Shown here one piece after another: positions 11,356 through 23,612 of a stretch of DNA of 48,863 nucleotides. The stretch comes from Octopus bimaculoides (lineage: Eukaryota). Every line of letters begins with the position of its first letter. Within the stretch, counting starts at the first letter, position 1. The position numbers and the translations under genes were made by a program. The notes below the pieces were generated by a model that saw only the letters and a program-made list of their open reading frames with translations, searched no databases and was not told the DNA's origin. The DNA is taken from positions 52,704,928-52,753,790 of the forward strand of contig NC_068997.1 in assembly GCF_001194135.2 (NCBI RefSeq), written 5' to 3'.

Positions 11356-11370
11356 GTGTATATATATATA

Positions 11371-11421
<51 letters not shown>

Positions 11422-11544
11422 GTGTGTTTATATGATATATATGTTCATATGCATGCATATACACATCTGGACAAATGATTTGCATATAGAACTTGCTTTT
11501 CCATTTCCTACATTTGTTCATGTGTATACATACATATATATAAT

Positions 11545-11603
<59 letters not shown>

Positions 11604-11930
11604 TAACATGTTTATATAGATAAGCTTAAGTTTCCAGTCAATAAATTAAAGCCTATCTCTCTCAACACATACACATATGCACACATATTCATATGTATAT
11701 ATGTGTGTGTGTGTGTATGTGTATATATGTATATATATATATATAAGTATGCTTTTTTAGAACGTGTACATACATGTATATCTGTTTATGTATGTGTGTG
11801 TGACTAAATGTGTCTGCATGTGTGTATATTATACATATGCATATATGCAAGCACACACACACACATATATAGATGTGTGTATGTGTATATAAATAGATAA
11901 ATAAATAAATGTATGCACACATGGCTCCAC
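10990..11930. repeat. Compound (TG)n/(TA)n microsatellite field
   Basis: Direct; source of many spurious ORFs. Confidence 0.95.
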
Positions 11931-12067
11931 AAAACATGTCTTCTTAATTTGTGTAAACGAAGTAATATTCACTTATAGTGCTTAACGAGTAATTAAAAAT
12001 TAATCAGGCTTCAGCCATGTTAAACGGGAAAGAGAATAAAAACAGGAGAGTGAATTACATTTATGGT

Positions 12068-12180
12068 AGTTTTCCATCATTTATTTTAATGTCCTCTTTT
12101 CCGAGCTTGTTTGGGTCAGATGAAATTTGTTGAGGCAGATTTTCTGTGGCTGATTTTTGCTTTTGCCATCTGTAATTTGT
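12068..12180 (-). mobile_element. Family H 3' fragment
   Basis: Reverse complement resembles 6060-6150. Confidence 0.5.
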
Positions 12181-12187
12181 TTGCAAA

Positions 12188-12590
12188 GGCATAGGAATGG
12201 CTGTGTGGTAAGTAGCTTGCTTACAAACTACATGGTTCCGGGTTCAGTCCCACTGCATGACACCTTGGGCAAGTGTTATCTTCTATAGCCTAGGGCCAAC
12301 CAAAGCCTTGTGAGTGGATTTGGTAGATGGAAACTGAAAGAAGCCCGTCGTATATATATATGTATATATATGTGTTTGTGTGTCTGTGTCTGTCCCCCTA
12401 ACGTCGCTTGACAACCGATGCTGGTATGTTTACGTCCCCGTAACTTAGCGGTTCGGCAAAAAAAGAGACCGATAGAATAAGTACTAGGCTTCTAAAGAGT
12501 AAGTCCTGGGGTCGATTTGCTCGACTAAAGGTGGTGCCCCAGCATGGCTGCAGTCAAATGACCGAAACAATGAAAAGAGTAAAAGAGTAA
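12188..12590 (+). mobile_element. SINE family A, full-length
   Basis: Colinear with 979-1400 and 40208-40605. Confidence 0.92.
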
Positions 12591-12954
12591 AGTATTATTT
12601 TGATAGTATGTTATCAACTTAATGTGACAGTCCCATGAAAGGGAAGAATGCTACTGTTATTTAGCCCTAGAAAACACCGTTTCCTGGTGAACTTGACACA
12701 TTTCCTGTGTCCTTATGTTTTCAAAGTGGAGACAACATACTGTCACATTATCGTGCTCCTGTTGCATAAATCTCTTTGAGAGATTTAGACATGTATTATT
12801 TGAAAGTAATATTTTGTTGTCAATTGGTTAATTGTTTGGTCAATCAATCAATTAGTTTGGTTTATCAAAGTTCTTTTGTTGCCATTTGTGACTTTATTAA
12901 TGATTGGCTTAAAGGCTGCCCTATCAGGCAGCTTTTAAGCTACTGACCCCGAAT

Positions 12955-13040
12955 GGGAAGATCTGCAGACAGATCTTTGACTTGTTTTGGAGAATTTGTT
13001 GCAATTGCTTCTTCCAGAGTCATGTCCCAATGAGGATGAT
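12955..13040 (-). pseudogene. Helitron Rep/helicase coding remnant
   Basis: Minus frame from 13032 reads HWDMTLEEAIATNSPKQVKDLSAD, matching my recollection of the Helitron motif HWDxTLEEA....SPxQLRxLFA. Confidence 0.55.
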
Positions 13041-13344
13041 ATTTGTCGAAAAAAAATCACCGAAAATAACCACTGATTATTCCCAAGATTTATTTCCAAA
13101 ATTTGTTATCATACAAAAGAATTTGGCACAAAAAAATCATGTAAAAGAAGCACAAAAAAAAAATTGCAGTAATGAAAACATGGGAATCCAAAATTTCAAG
13201 ATTGTGGGTCTGGATTTGACCGGGAATGTTTTTAATTTACTCATGGAGTCAGCCAGATTCTAAAATGTTGTAGAGGAGAGACAAGTAAAATAGCACACTG
13301 CTCACATTTATACTTAATTTCTATTAGCCCGAATAATCTACATG

Positions 13345-13731
13345 ATGTGTATATGTGTGTGTGTATATATACATAATTAAATGTGTACACATGCATATAT
13401 ATACACATATATATGTATATATGTATATGTACATACATTTATACATATATATGTGTGCTTTTATATATGTATGTCCCTATGTATATGTATGTACAAACAT
13501 ATATATATGTGTATGTACATGTATATGTATGTATATATATATATATATATATATTTGCATGTATATATATGTATGTATGTATATATATATATATATATAT
13601 TTGCATGTATATATATGTATATATATATATATATATACACATGAATGTAAATATATATGCATATGTCCGTAAATATATATATATGCATATGGATGTACAT
13701 ATATATATATGTAAATATAAATGTATATATA

Positions 13732-13775
<44 letters not shown>

Positions 13776-13806
13776 CATATATGCATATGTATGTACATAT
13801 ATGTAC

Positions 13807-13890
<84 letters not shown>

Positions 13891-14065
13891 CATATATATA
13901 TGTACACATATATATACACACACACATATATATGGATATACATACATATATATGTATGTGTGTATGTATTTATATATACCTGTATGTATATATGTATGTA
14001 CATCTGTATATATATGTGTGTGTATATGTATGTGTTCGTGTGTGTATGTATGTACATATGCATCT
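13345..14065. repeat. Compound (TA)n/(TG)n/(CA)n microsatellite field
   Basis: Direct. Confidence 0.95.
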
Positions 14066-14557
14066 GTGCACTTCCACCCAGAGCTTCCATGAGTAACTCT
14101 CTTCCTCTACTTGTCAATGCCTCATTTACTTCTATAACTCTCAGTAATTGGCAGTTAACGAAGATAAATCATAGGTAAATAGGTTTGTACGGTTGGCTCT
14201 GTTTTTCTCTTTTCTTCATGTCTTCACACACGCACGCACGCACACACACACACAAGTGCGCACACTTTTATATGTGCATACATTTATGTGTGCACATACA
14301 CATGCAAACATTTATACAGGCACACATACATAGGCATATATGCAGCTGTATATACAGACATAAACACATCTTCATCTATACACTCCTGCAAACATGTATA
14401 TATACATATACACACACATATATACAAGCATATATACTTGTATGCATGTGTATCTACATGTATACATACACACATGCATTCATGTATAGATACATGTATA
14501 CATACAGACGTTAATATATGCACATATATAAAAAAAATATAAACATATATACATGAT

Positions 14558-14710
14558 GCAAGAGTGGTTGTGTGGGTAAGTAGCTTGCTTACCAACCATA
14601 TGATTCTAGGTTCAGTCCCACTGTGTGGCACCTTGGGCAAGTATCTTCTACTATAGCCTCGGACCAACGAAAGCCTTGTGAGTGGATTTGGTAGACGGAA
14701 ACTGAAAGAA
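14558..14710 (+). mobile_element. SINE A 5' half
   Basis: Aligns with the family A head. Confidence 0.85.
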
Positions 14711-14773
14711 ACTTAACCCCTCCCCTGAAATTGCTGGCCTTGTGCCAAAATTAGAATTTAATATTATCATTAT

Positions 14774-14985
14774 GGTAGTGAATTGGATGAATTGTTAGAT
14801 TATAGACTTTGTGGCATTTCCTTTGACTCTTTATGTCCTGAGTTCAAATCCTGCTGAAGTCAGCTTTGCCTTTTATCCTTCTAAGGTTGATAAAATAAAG
14901 TACCAGGTAAATACTGTGGGTTGATGTAATTGACTGACCCACTCCTCTCAAAATGACTGATCTTGTGAGTAAATCAGAAGCAGTT
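14774..14985 (+). mobile_element. SINE family B, diverged
   Basis: ctgagttcaaatcc...ctttgcctttt...gataaaataaagtaccag. Confidence 0.75.
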
Positions 14986-15316
14986 TTGAAAGAAAATGCT
15001 CTTACTCTTAAACGACTTCTGTTTCAATTAACCCTTAAACATCAGATGTCATTAACTGATGTTTCATTAGGGAACAGCAGACATCATCAAGTGATGTTTC
15101 AAAAATTTTGCATGGATATATGGCCACCATCAAAGTGAAGTGAATATTTTACGGTTCCTTTTTGATATCAAAATTATAAATTTTATTGTACGAGAGACTA
15201 ACGATTATTATGGTTTTTGTACTTAGCTTGAAAATAAGCATAAAAATTACCTTTAAGAAAAAGAGATATTTTTGGCCCATTTGGCACACATTCATGCAGC
15301 CCTTCCTCACAGCTGA

Positions 15317-15532
15317 CCCTTCAAAATTCGGATTACTCTCTCAAATGTAATACTTATTTCTTCAAATTGATTTGAATTGATCAGGCATTATGTCAAAGCT
15401 TTGAGAATTCTATGATGTGGTTGTTTATTTTTAGAATGGCATTGTGGCATCAGTGTGATAGGTTGGATCTGGTCAGGTATAAAGCAGATGGAATATTTAG
15501 GCCAAATATGGCCAGGTTAAATGCTAAAGGGG
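15317..15532. mobile_element. piggyBac-like MITE (family G)
   Basis: Ends atgctaaagggg-TTAA; colinear with 23613-24094; left end decayed. Confidence 0.65.
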
Positions 15533-15605
15533 TTAACGGTTAATGCCTGATTACAATTAAGGTGCTGGCAGGAATTGTCTGTAAAATATTGGTATGAGTT
15601 GTTAT

Positions 15606-15930
15606 AACTGGCACTCCGTTGGTTACGATGACGAGGGTTACCGATGGTCCGATCAACAGAACAACCTGCTCGTGAAATTAACGTGCAAGTGGCTGAGCAC
15701 TCCACAGACACGTGTACTCTTAATGTAGTTCTCGGGGACATTCAGCATAGCACAGTGTGACAAGGCTGGCCCTTTGAAATACAGGTACAGCTCGTTTTTG
15801 CCAGCTGAATGGACTGGAGCAATGTGAAATAAAGTGTCTTGCTCAAGGACACAACACGTTGCTGGGAATTGAACTCACGACCTTATGATCATGAGCCAAA
15901 TGCCCTAAACACTAAACCACACGCCTTCAC
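15606..15930 (-). mobile_element. tRNA-derived SINE family F
   Basis: Minus-strand head with A-box, CT-CAT-GA anticodon-like loop and B-box gagttcaattccc; colinear with 40925-41240. Confidence 0.85.
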
Positions 15931-16084
15931 TGGTTCCTATAAATTTGCAATAACAAAATAGGTCTAGGAACCACAGCAGTAGGGGACAACTTTCAGGGGC
16001 TGAGGGTTAAGTTGATTAGATAGTACAGTTCTTGTTCTCCCAGTGGAATGAATCTTTCTGTAGATGTGTACAATGTTAGGTGTG

Positions 16085-16210
16085 GGAGTCACATGTGCGA
16101 AGGCCTCATACATTGTTGAGGCACATGTTCTGGAGTCATATGGCTGCACTTCACATGTTTTAGTGGGGGGGGGGGACATATTTTGGAATCACATGTGTTG
16201 GGTCACATGC
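16085..16210. repeat. Degenerate ~15-bp minisatellite / E-box cluster
   Basis: CACATG at 16090, 16122, 16152, 16190 and 16204; CATATG at 16137. Confidence 0.6.
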
Positions 16211-16308
16211 CCTAAGTTTTGAAACTTGATATAGTATGATTCTGTGAATTGTCTCTGTACCATTCTCTCACTCTTTCACTCTGTGTATATATATATTTAT
16301 ACTTTGTT

Positions 16309-16349
<41 letters not shown>

Positions 16350-16379
16350 CTCCCACACACACACACGTACAAGTGTTCT

Positions 16380-16425
16380 CTCCCTCTACCAATTTATCTA
16401 TCTATCTACACACACACATCATATA

Positions 16426-16460
<35 letters not shown>

Positions 16461-16637
16461 CATATACAAACACACACACACACATCATACATTCATACAC
16501 ACACACACATACACACACACATCATATACAAACACACACACACACACACATCATACATTCATACACACACACATCATATACAAACACACACACACACACA
16601 CATCATATACAAACACACACACACACACATCATACAT

Positions 16638-16680
<43 letters not shown>
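16380..16680. repeat. (CA)n-derived higher-order minisatellite
   Basis: catcatatacaaa and catcatacattc recur between CA runs at roughly 50-60 bp period. Confidence 0.8.
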
Positions 16681-16683
<3 letters not shown>

Positions 16684-17086
16684 TTTGTCCCCTCGCTATC
16701 TCTCATCTCCACCATTCCACTCCTCTTCACATCTTCCACTTCAATATTCCATATTTCTATCTTTGTACAGTTCCATCGTCCATAATCTTACATAAATGGA
16801 CACAACCTGAAGGAATTGGTATATTCCTCTACACACAAACTGACAATACTTTCTCTTTCTCTCTCCCCTTCCCCCACACACTATATATACATATATACAC
16901 ATATATATATGGGTGTGTGTGTGTATATCTACACATCTCATACATGTAGCCAATTCCAGGTCATAGAGATAATACTATTTCTCTTCCTCTCTCTCTTTCT
17001 CTCTACATATTTAGACATTCAGATTTGCCACACAAACACATATATACAGTTCATGGTATGTTCACACACTCACAGATCTAGACATT

Positions 17087-17135
<49 letters not shown>

Positions 17136-17339
17136 TTACAGTCTATTCTCTCAGACATTCTGTCAACAACCACTAACACATATTTATAATACAGTTCATT
17201 GACATACACATCTGCACACACACACACACACACACACAGTCAACAATGTGTTCACAATTCACGCATATAGATACACAGTTTATATCCTGTCTACACAATC
17301 TCACACATTCACTCAACAACCACACACATACAGTACAGT

Positions 17340-17381
<42 letters not shown>

Positions 17382-17792
17382 CACAATACCAGAGAACAGA
17401 GTAACTAGCAGCAGATCCAAATTCAAAAATTGTAGGAAGTAGAATTAGAATCATGGGAAAATCAGAAAGGAATTATGGGAAGAGATCGAATCATGCAGAG
17501 GAGTAAAGAAAGGAGGAGAGAAATAGAGACAGATAGATAGATAGACTGATAGATAGACAGATAGACACACACACACACATACACACACACAGATTGATAT
17601 ATATTTATACATACATGATGATAGCCGTCTACTTGTGACTGAGGAAACTATTAGTGACTAACGAGCCCTGCTCTTGACAAGCATACATAACAGCAAACAT
17701 TGCAGACCAAGCTTTCCTTATCCATTACACTAGCAGTGCGTTTTTGAGCAGCACAGTTAAATTCTTCAGGAAGAACTCTTCCTTTACCTGTT

Positions 17793-18086
17793 TCGATGCC
17801 AGGGGTGTCTGACTGGCTCCTGTACTGGTGCCACGTAAAAAGCACTATCTGAACATGATCGATGCCAGTGCCGCTTGATTGGCTCCTGTGCCAGTGGCAT
17901 GTAAAAAGCACTCACTACATTCTTGGCGTGGTTGGCGTTAGGAAGGGCATCCAGCTGTAGAAACATTGCCGAATCAGATTGGAGCCTGGTGTAGCCTCTT
18001 GGCTTGCCAGTCCTCGATCAAACCATCCAACCCATGCCAGCGTGGAAAGCGGACGTTAAACAATGATGATGAGGAGGAGGAGGATG
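17793..18086 (+). mobile_element. RTE-LINE 3' end with about 2-3 UTR modules
   Basis: Homologous to 9390-9770. Confidence 0.88.
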
Positions 18087-18183
18087 AAGTGCTATGCACT
18101 GAACTGTAAGCCCTTGAGTCACTTATTAAGCCTTACAGCTGAAAATAAAAAGAAAAAATACACATAAATGCTCTCACCAAAAC

Positions 18184-18219
<36 letters not shown>

Positions 18220-18729
18220 TAATACGTGTATACTATACATACATACATTTAAAAATATTCAATATCTCTTGCTACGTAGTGACAGATCAATATTGTTCAA
18301 TGGAAATATATTGGTAACACTGCTGCTGCTACTACCACCACCACCTCCANNNNNNNNNNNNNNNNNNNNNNNNNNNNNNNNNNNNNNNNNNNNNNNNNNN
18401 NNNNNNNNNNNNNNNNNNNNNNNNNNNNNNNNNNNNNNNNNNNNNNNNNNNNNNNNNNNNNNNNNNNNNNNNNNNNNNNNNNNNNNNNNNNNNNNNNNNN
18501 NNNNNNNNNNNNNNNNNNNNNNNNNNNNNNNNNNNNNNNNNNNNNNNNNNNNNNNNNNNNNNNNNNNNNNNNNNNNNNNNNNNNNNNNNNNNNNNNNNNN
18601 NNNNNNNNNNNNNNNNNNNNNNNNNNNNNNNNNNNNNNNNNNNNNNNNNNNNNNNNNNNNNNNNNNNNNNNNNNNNNNNNNNNNNNNNNNNNNNNNNNNN
18701 NNNNNNNNNNNNNNNNNAGAGCTTGTACT

Positions 18730-18900
18730 TGTTCAACCAATATACTAGAAATAACAGCCAAAATGGACTCATTGGATAGTGTAGTCTTAGGTACACGATG
18801 CTCCTGTCACCTAAGAAAATATGTAGAAGGTCAAGGCTGGAATTATTTTGATCATGGATTTGCTCCTCCGGCAGTGTTGACCTGGGGTTAAATAGCAGCC
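18730..18900 (+). mobile_element. Interspersed repeat family D
   Basis: ctagaaata(a/g)cagc...gacctggggttaaa shared with 21615, 24895, 28575, 33603 and 36105 copies. Confidence 0.65.
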
Positions 18901-18944
18901 ATTCGATTCTAATTTTACCCTATTACTTTTCAATCTCTTCTGCT

Positions 18945-19470
18945 TTCCTCCCCCCCCCCTTTCTTTCTAGCTTTTTCTCTTTCTCTCCTTTTCCCTCTTC
19001 TTCTCTCTGTTTCCCCTTCCCCCTCTCTTTCACCATTCTTTCTTCCCTCTCTCACTATTCCTCCCCTTCTAACTCTTCCCTTTTCTCACTATTTTCACCT
19101 CCCTCTTTCAGCCTCCTCTCCCTGTCCCTCCCTTTGTTGTCCTCTCTTTCCCTCTCACTCTTCCTCTACTTGTTTTCTTTGTCTATCCTCTCTCTTTCTC
19201 TCAATGCACCACTTTTCCCCCTTCCTTTCTCTTTTTCCTTCTTTGCCTCCCCTCCCTCCTTCCCTCTCTATTCCTCCCCTTCTATCTCCTCCCTTTCCTC
19301 ATTCTCTTTTCCTCCACTTCACTCCATCTACTCTCCCTTTTCCTCTCTATCCCTTCTTTTATCACCCTTTCTTCCTCCCACTCTTTCTCCTCCTTTACTC
19401 ATTTTCTCTGTTCCCTCTCCACCCCTTGTCCCTTCCCCCCTCTCTCTTCCCTTCTCTATTTCTATCCTTC
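18945..19470. repeat. Long C/T-only low-complexity tract
   Basis: Direct. Confidence 0.9.
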
Positions 19471-19635
19471 GACCCCTTCTGATCAAATTCTCTAATATCT
19501 ATCATCAATAACAGTCAACACCATTGAAAAAAATACAAAAAATGAAAAAAAAAACTTCCAAAAGCGAGTTCCTGGCTTTCTTCCATATTTTGTTTCCCAG
19601 TTGGCGAGTCACTTCCCATCACTTCACATTGATTA

Positions 19636-20106
19636 TGCATTGATTAAACTCTGCTTGAGGAGAACACAGGTCAGGAGGGTGGCCCACCTTGTTCGAATGT
19701 CTGATGCACAACTCCTCAAAAGACTGATTTACAACGAAACTAGCAAAAGACAAGCACGCATTGGGTGGATAGAACCTGCCCTTCAAGGACACACTGAAAC
19801 CCTCACTGAAGTATTTTGAGATCAACCCTGACACCTGGAAAATGTAAACATAGGACTGCCCTGCAAGGTGAAGCTGAACCAACAGAGGTGCCATCTTCTG
19901 CAAACAGAAGTTGGAGCAAAGAGAAAAGCTGAACTGTGCAAGTCCAGAGCCAACCCTTTGCCTTTCGACCCCAGCAGACCACCAGAGCCTGACCTGTGGT
20001 AAGACCTTCCAAACATGTATTGGACAGTTTTGACCACAGCTGAACACACCATGACCTGTCTTCTCTCGTGTGATGTCCATGGTCATTGTTAACGATGATG
20101 GATGAT
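19636..20106 (+). mobile_element. BovB-like RTE LINE 3' remnant with frameshifts
   Basis: Frames give LRRTQVRRVAHLVRMSDAQLLKRLIY, FKDTLKPSLKYFEINPDTW and CGKTFQTCIG, resembling RTE-BovB C-terminal motifs QLRWAGHVVRM, FKDTLKASLK..I.P.TW and the C2H2-like end; short RTE-type 3'UTR. Confidence 0.8.
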
Positions 20107-20330
20107 TGACGAGCTGGCAGAATCATTATTATGCCAGTGATTGTGCTTAGGGACATTTCGTTCATCTTCACGTTCTGAGTTCAAATTCTGCCAGAGTCAA
20201 CCTTGCCTTTCATCCTTTCAGAGTTGATGAAATAAGTACCAGTTATACACTGGGGTTGATGTAATTGACTAGCACCCCTCCCCACCAAAATTTCAGGCCT
20301 TGTGCCTATAGTAGAAAGGATTATTATTGA
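20107..20330 (+). mobile_element. SINE family B
   Basis: Colinear with 30758-30975. Confidence 0.88.
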
Positions 20331-20354
20331 TATATTTATTATTGATATATTTAC

Positions 20355-20560
20355 ATGGTCACCCTGTCACTATGCTACTTCCACCTTGCTACGAAGTTAA
20401 TGTCACCCTGTCACCATGTCAGTGTCACCTTGTCACTGTCTCCATGTCACCATGTAGCATTCACCATCAGTGCAGTAGCACTATGTCTCCATGTCATTGT
20501 GCCACCCACGCACAGCTGTGTCACCATGTCCTTCTGTCACCCTGGCATCGTGCCACCCAC
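20355..20560. repeat. Degenerate 8-bp (GTCACCAT)-type minisatellite
   Basis: Many tgtcacc/caccatg variants. Confidence 0.7.
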
Positions 20561-20784
20561 CACTTATATTTAATTTTTCTTTGACGAAATAAAAAAAAAA
20601 TCATCAAATTCTTACAAGTTTCCGGTTTCACTTTAGTCTTTTTTTTGTTTTGTTTCCCGTATTTTTATATATTTAAAAAAAAATTACTTTTTTGTTTTGT
20701 TGTTTTCTTTTGTCTTCCAATAACGGTTAATTACATAATCTGGTTTCTGGAATTGTCAAAGAACTGGCTTTTCTGAGGTTTTCA

Positions 20785-21287
20785 TGATTGTGGTGTTGAT
20801 GATGATGATGGTGGTGGTGGTGGAGGTAGAGATGATGATGGTGGTGGTGATGATGGTGGTGGTGGTGGTGGAGGAGGAGGTAGAGATGTTGGTGATGGTG
20901 GTGTTGGAGATGGAGTGGAGATAATGGTGTTGGTAACAAGGATGACGATGGTGGTGGTGGTGGTGGTGGTGTCGGAGGAGATGGCAATGTTGGTGGTGGT
21001 GGTTGTATTTGTTGGGTTGAGGGAGGTAGATGGTTGTGTGGGTGATGAAGGAATGCAGTTCATGGTAGTGGGGGTTAGGGGTTGGGTTGGTGATGACGGA
21101 AATGGGGGTGTAGTGGTTGTGTGGATGGCAAAGGGACAGGGGTGGTTGCAATAGGGACAGGTTTGGTGGTGGTGGTGGTGATGCTGGAGGAATAGTTTCC
21201 TATTAGAGAAAGTAATAGTGGTGAGGATGATGATGATGATAATGATGGTCATGCTGCTGATTGTGATGGCGGTGATGATGGTGGTAG
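20785..21287. repeat. (GGT)n/(GAT)n trinucleotide mosaic
   Basis: Direct. Confidence 0.9.
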
Positions 21288-21614
21288 AAACACTAACATA
21301 TACATTTGTTTTTTTGATTTTTTGATATTTTAGTTTAAATAAAATCTAATTTCGAAAATTCTATAGAGAATGAAAGAATGAAAAAAACTGAATGAGATTG
21401 CTAATTAACTGTGAGACATCATACAGCATATTAATTAATATAGTGTTTGTTAATTAATATATTCTGTTTGTGTAAACAGGTTTTGGTTTAGTTTTAAAAT
21501 GAATTTGGGGAATAAAATCTATTCAAGAAATATTTTTTCCATTAATTTGTAATTTTTAACCTCAAAATTGTTTCAGGGCAGAAGGAAATGTTTTAATGAG
21601 CCAACAAGAAAAAC

Positions 21615-21770
21615 TCTGTTAGAAATAGCAGCTTAGTTCTCTCAAATCATCTTCTACTGTTTTAAATTAGGAAGGACAGTTTGGACAGTTTGGCCTTAAG
21701 TTTTACAGAAAGATGAGATGGTCAAGGCTGGACTGCTTTTGATCAGTGACCATAGGTCTAATTGACCATC
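21615..21770 (+). mobile_element. Family D
   Basis: gttagaaatagcagc...atggtcaaggctgga...tttgatca. Confidence 0.6.
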
Positions 21771-22038
21771 AACACCATCACTACCCTCACCACCACCACC
21801 ACCACCAACACAAACATCATCGTCACCAAAACCACCACCACCACTACCACAACTGCCACTACAGCATCACCAATAACAACACCATCATCATCACCACTAC
21901 TACCACCTCCAACAACACCAGTAACACTTCTGAAGGTCTCTTAATTAGTTTCGGCTCCTCTCGACCCAAAACTCCCCAAGACTCCAGAAACATCACTGAT
22001 GATGTTAGTATCCATGAGATGTAGCTTAGAATTATATT

Positions 22039-22230
22039 TCATCATCATTTAACGTCCACTTTTACATGCTGGCATGGGTTGGAAGGTTCAATGAGAATAG
22101 AGGAGCCAGACGGCTGCATTGTGCCTCCTGTCTGCTTTGGCATGGTTCCTAGTGCCAACCACTTTACAGAGTGGACTGGGTGCTTTTTCATGACACCTGC
22201 ACTGTTGAGGTCACCAAGTTCCTGCAAGTC
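22039..22230 (-). mobile_element. RTE-LINE-type 3' end, older subfamily
   Basis: (TCA)n-tttaacgtcc...catgctggcatgggttgg. Confidence 0.8.
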
Positions 22231-22502
22231 AAGAGCCCTCAACTGAGTGGCCAAAGACTTTTGCTCAGTACTGTATGTATGCATATATATATACACACAT
22301 CCTTATGTTTGTAGAAGCATGTATATGTCTGAATGTTTGTATAAAAACATATATGTGGATATTGGTGTGTATATGTTGTTTATATGTGTTTGTGTGTGTG
22401 TGTGTGTGTGTGCGTGTGTATGTTTGTGTATATTTATACATTTATGTGTGTCTATATACATATATATATATATAGACACATAACTGTATAACTACATATG
22501 AG

Positions 22503-22538
<36 letters not shown>

Positions 22539-23219
22539 AGTATATATTTCTGCGTGTGTGTGTGTGTGTGTGTCTGTTTGTTTACACCAGTTTATATTGT
22601 GTACTTTCTTCTCTATCAACTTAGCAGTTTAAGAAACAGGGTTCGATAAAATGAGTTGCAAGCTGAAATATGTCCCGGAGTTGATGATTGAGAAAAACAA
22701 AAACAATGTCTTGCAATTGGTACCGTAGCATGGCCATACTCCATTTTACTGACGCCAGCAATATATATTTATATATACATGCACACATGTTTGTGTGAGT
22801 GTGTGTATTGTGTGTCTGCGAGTGTTTAACATAAGTGGATACAAACACACACACAGACACACACTGACACAGACACAGACACACACACACAAACAAACAC
22901 ACATACAAGCACATGTAATATTAGGTGTAGTTCCACATGGATATAGACATGGCTGTAGATAGACAGATATTTCATGTATCACCATAGCAACAGTGAAATG
23001 GTGTAGGCTGTTACCATTAATAGCAGAATCTGGCAAAGATGAACCAAAGTATCAGACAGTCATATTGGTGCAGCCATCATTTCCTCTGTCTCTTGTTGAC
23101 ATTGTCTCCTTCGTTGTTGTCGCTGACGTTGCTGACGTTGCTGACGTTGTTGTGGTTAATGTATTGTACTTGTGATTTCAAACATACTTTGATATTTTGT
23201 GTGTGATATCAATAGATTA

Positions 23220-23357
23220 TCATATGCCATCATCATATCGGAATGAGTCACTGTGAGAGATGCCTGACTCGCCACTAGATTGTCTGGTTTGGTATTTCCA
23301 TTCCAACTTCATTTCAATCCAGTCTCTCACATTGTCTTGTATTTCTTCAGAAGTTAA
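23220..23357 (-). CDS. Candidate terminal coding exon, 45 aa, unidentified
   Basis: Strong acceptor tttttgtttttctagatttgtttatttcttcag, then LTSEEIQDNVRDWIEMKLEWKYQTRQSSGESGISHSDSFRYDDGI*; unique sequence; in-frame stop just upstream, in the putative intron. Confidence 0.35.
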   Translation of the reverse strand, partial: LTSEEIQDNVRDWIEMKLEWKYQTRQSSGESGISHSDSFRYDDGI

Positions 23358-23505
23358 CTGAAGAAATAAACAAATCTAGAAAAACAAAAAGCCCAACTAC
23401 AAAACAAATTAAGAAAGCATGCAGAATAAATGATGACAATAATATATATTTATACCTTTTCTGGCTCAGTCTACCTTATTGTAAATAGGTACTACAGTGA
23501 GGTGT

Positions 23506-23564
23506 GGTTAACACCCTGCTCTCATCTGTAGCTCCATGCAGATGAGAGTGGGGTTGATTAAACC
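23506..23564 (+). ncRNA. Pre-miRNA-like hairpin candidate
   Basis: 17 contiguous pairs (23514-23530 with 23537-23553), including 3 G-U on the + strand; 6-nt loop; extends to about 25 bp with bulges. Confidence 0.35.
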
Positions 23565-23612
23565 AGGCTGAAAGTTGCCAGTGTATTTTAAACTGTTGGT
23601 GAACTTCTTTAA

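Noticed and set aside
15019-15077. Interrupted hairpin with a 9-bp AT-rich core
   Set aside because: Short, AT-rich and expected by chance.
15830-15930. SINE heads as functional tRNA genes
   Set aside because: A/B boxes are present but there is no complete acceptor stem; each continues into a SINE body.
16771-16818. Possible 48-nt + strand exon (PSSIILHKWTQPEGI)
   Set aside because: Good acceptor but weak donor (gtatat); no recognised homology or partner exons.
18125-18160. Strong minus-strand acceptor followed after 2 nt by gtaagg
   Set aside because: Not a canonical recursive AG|GT site; all three frames stop within 7 codons.
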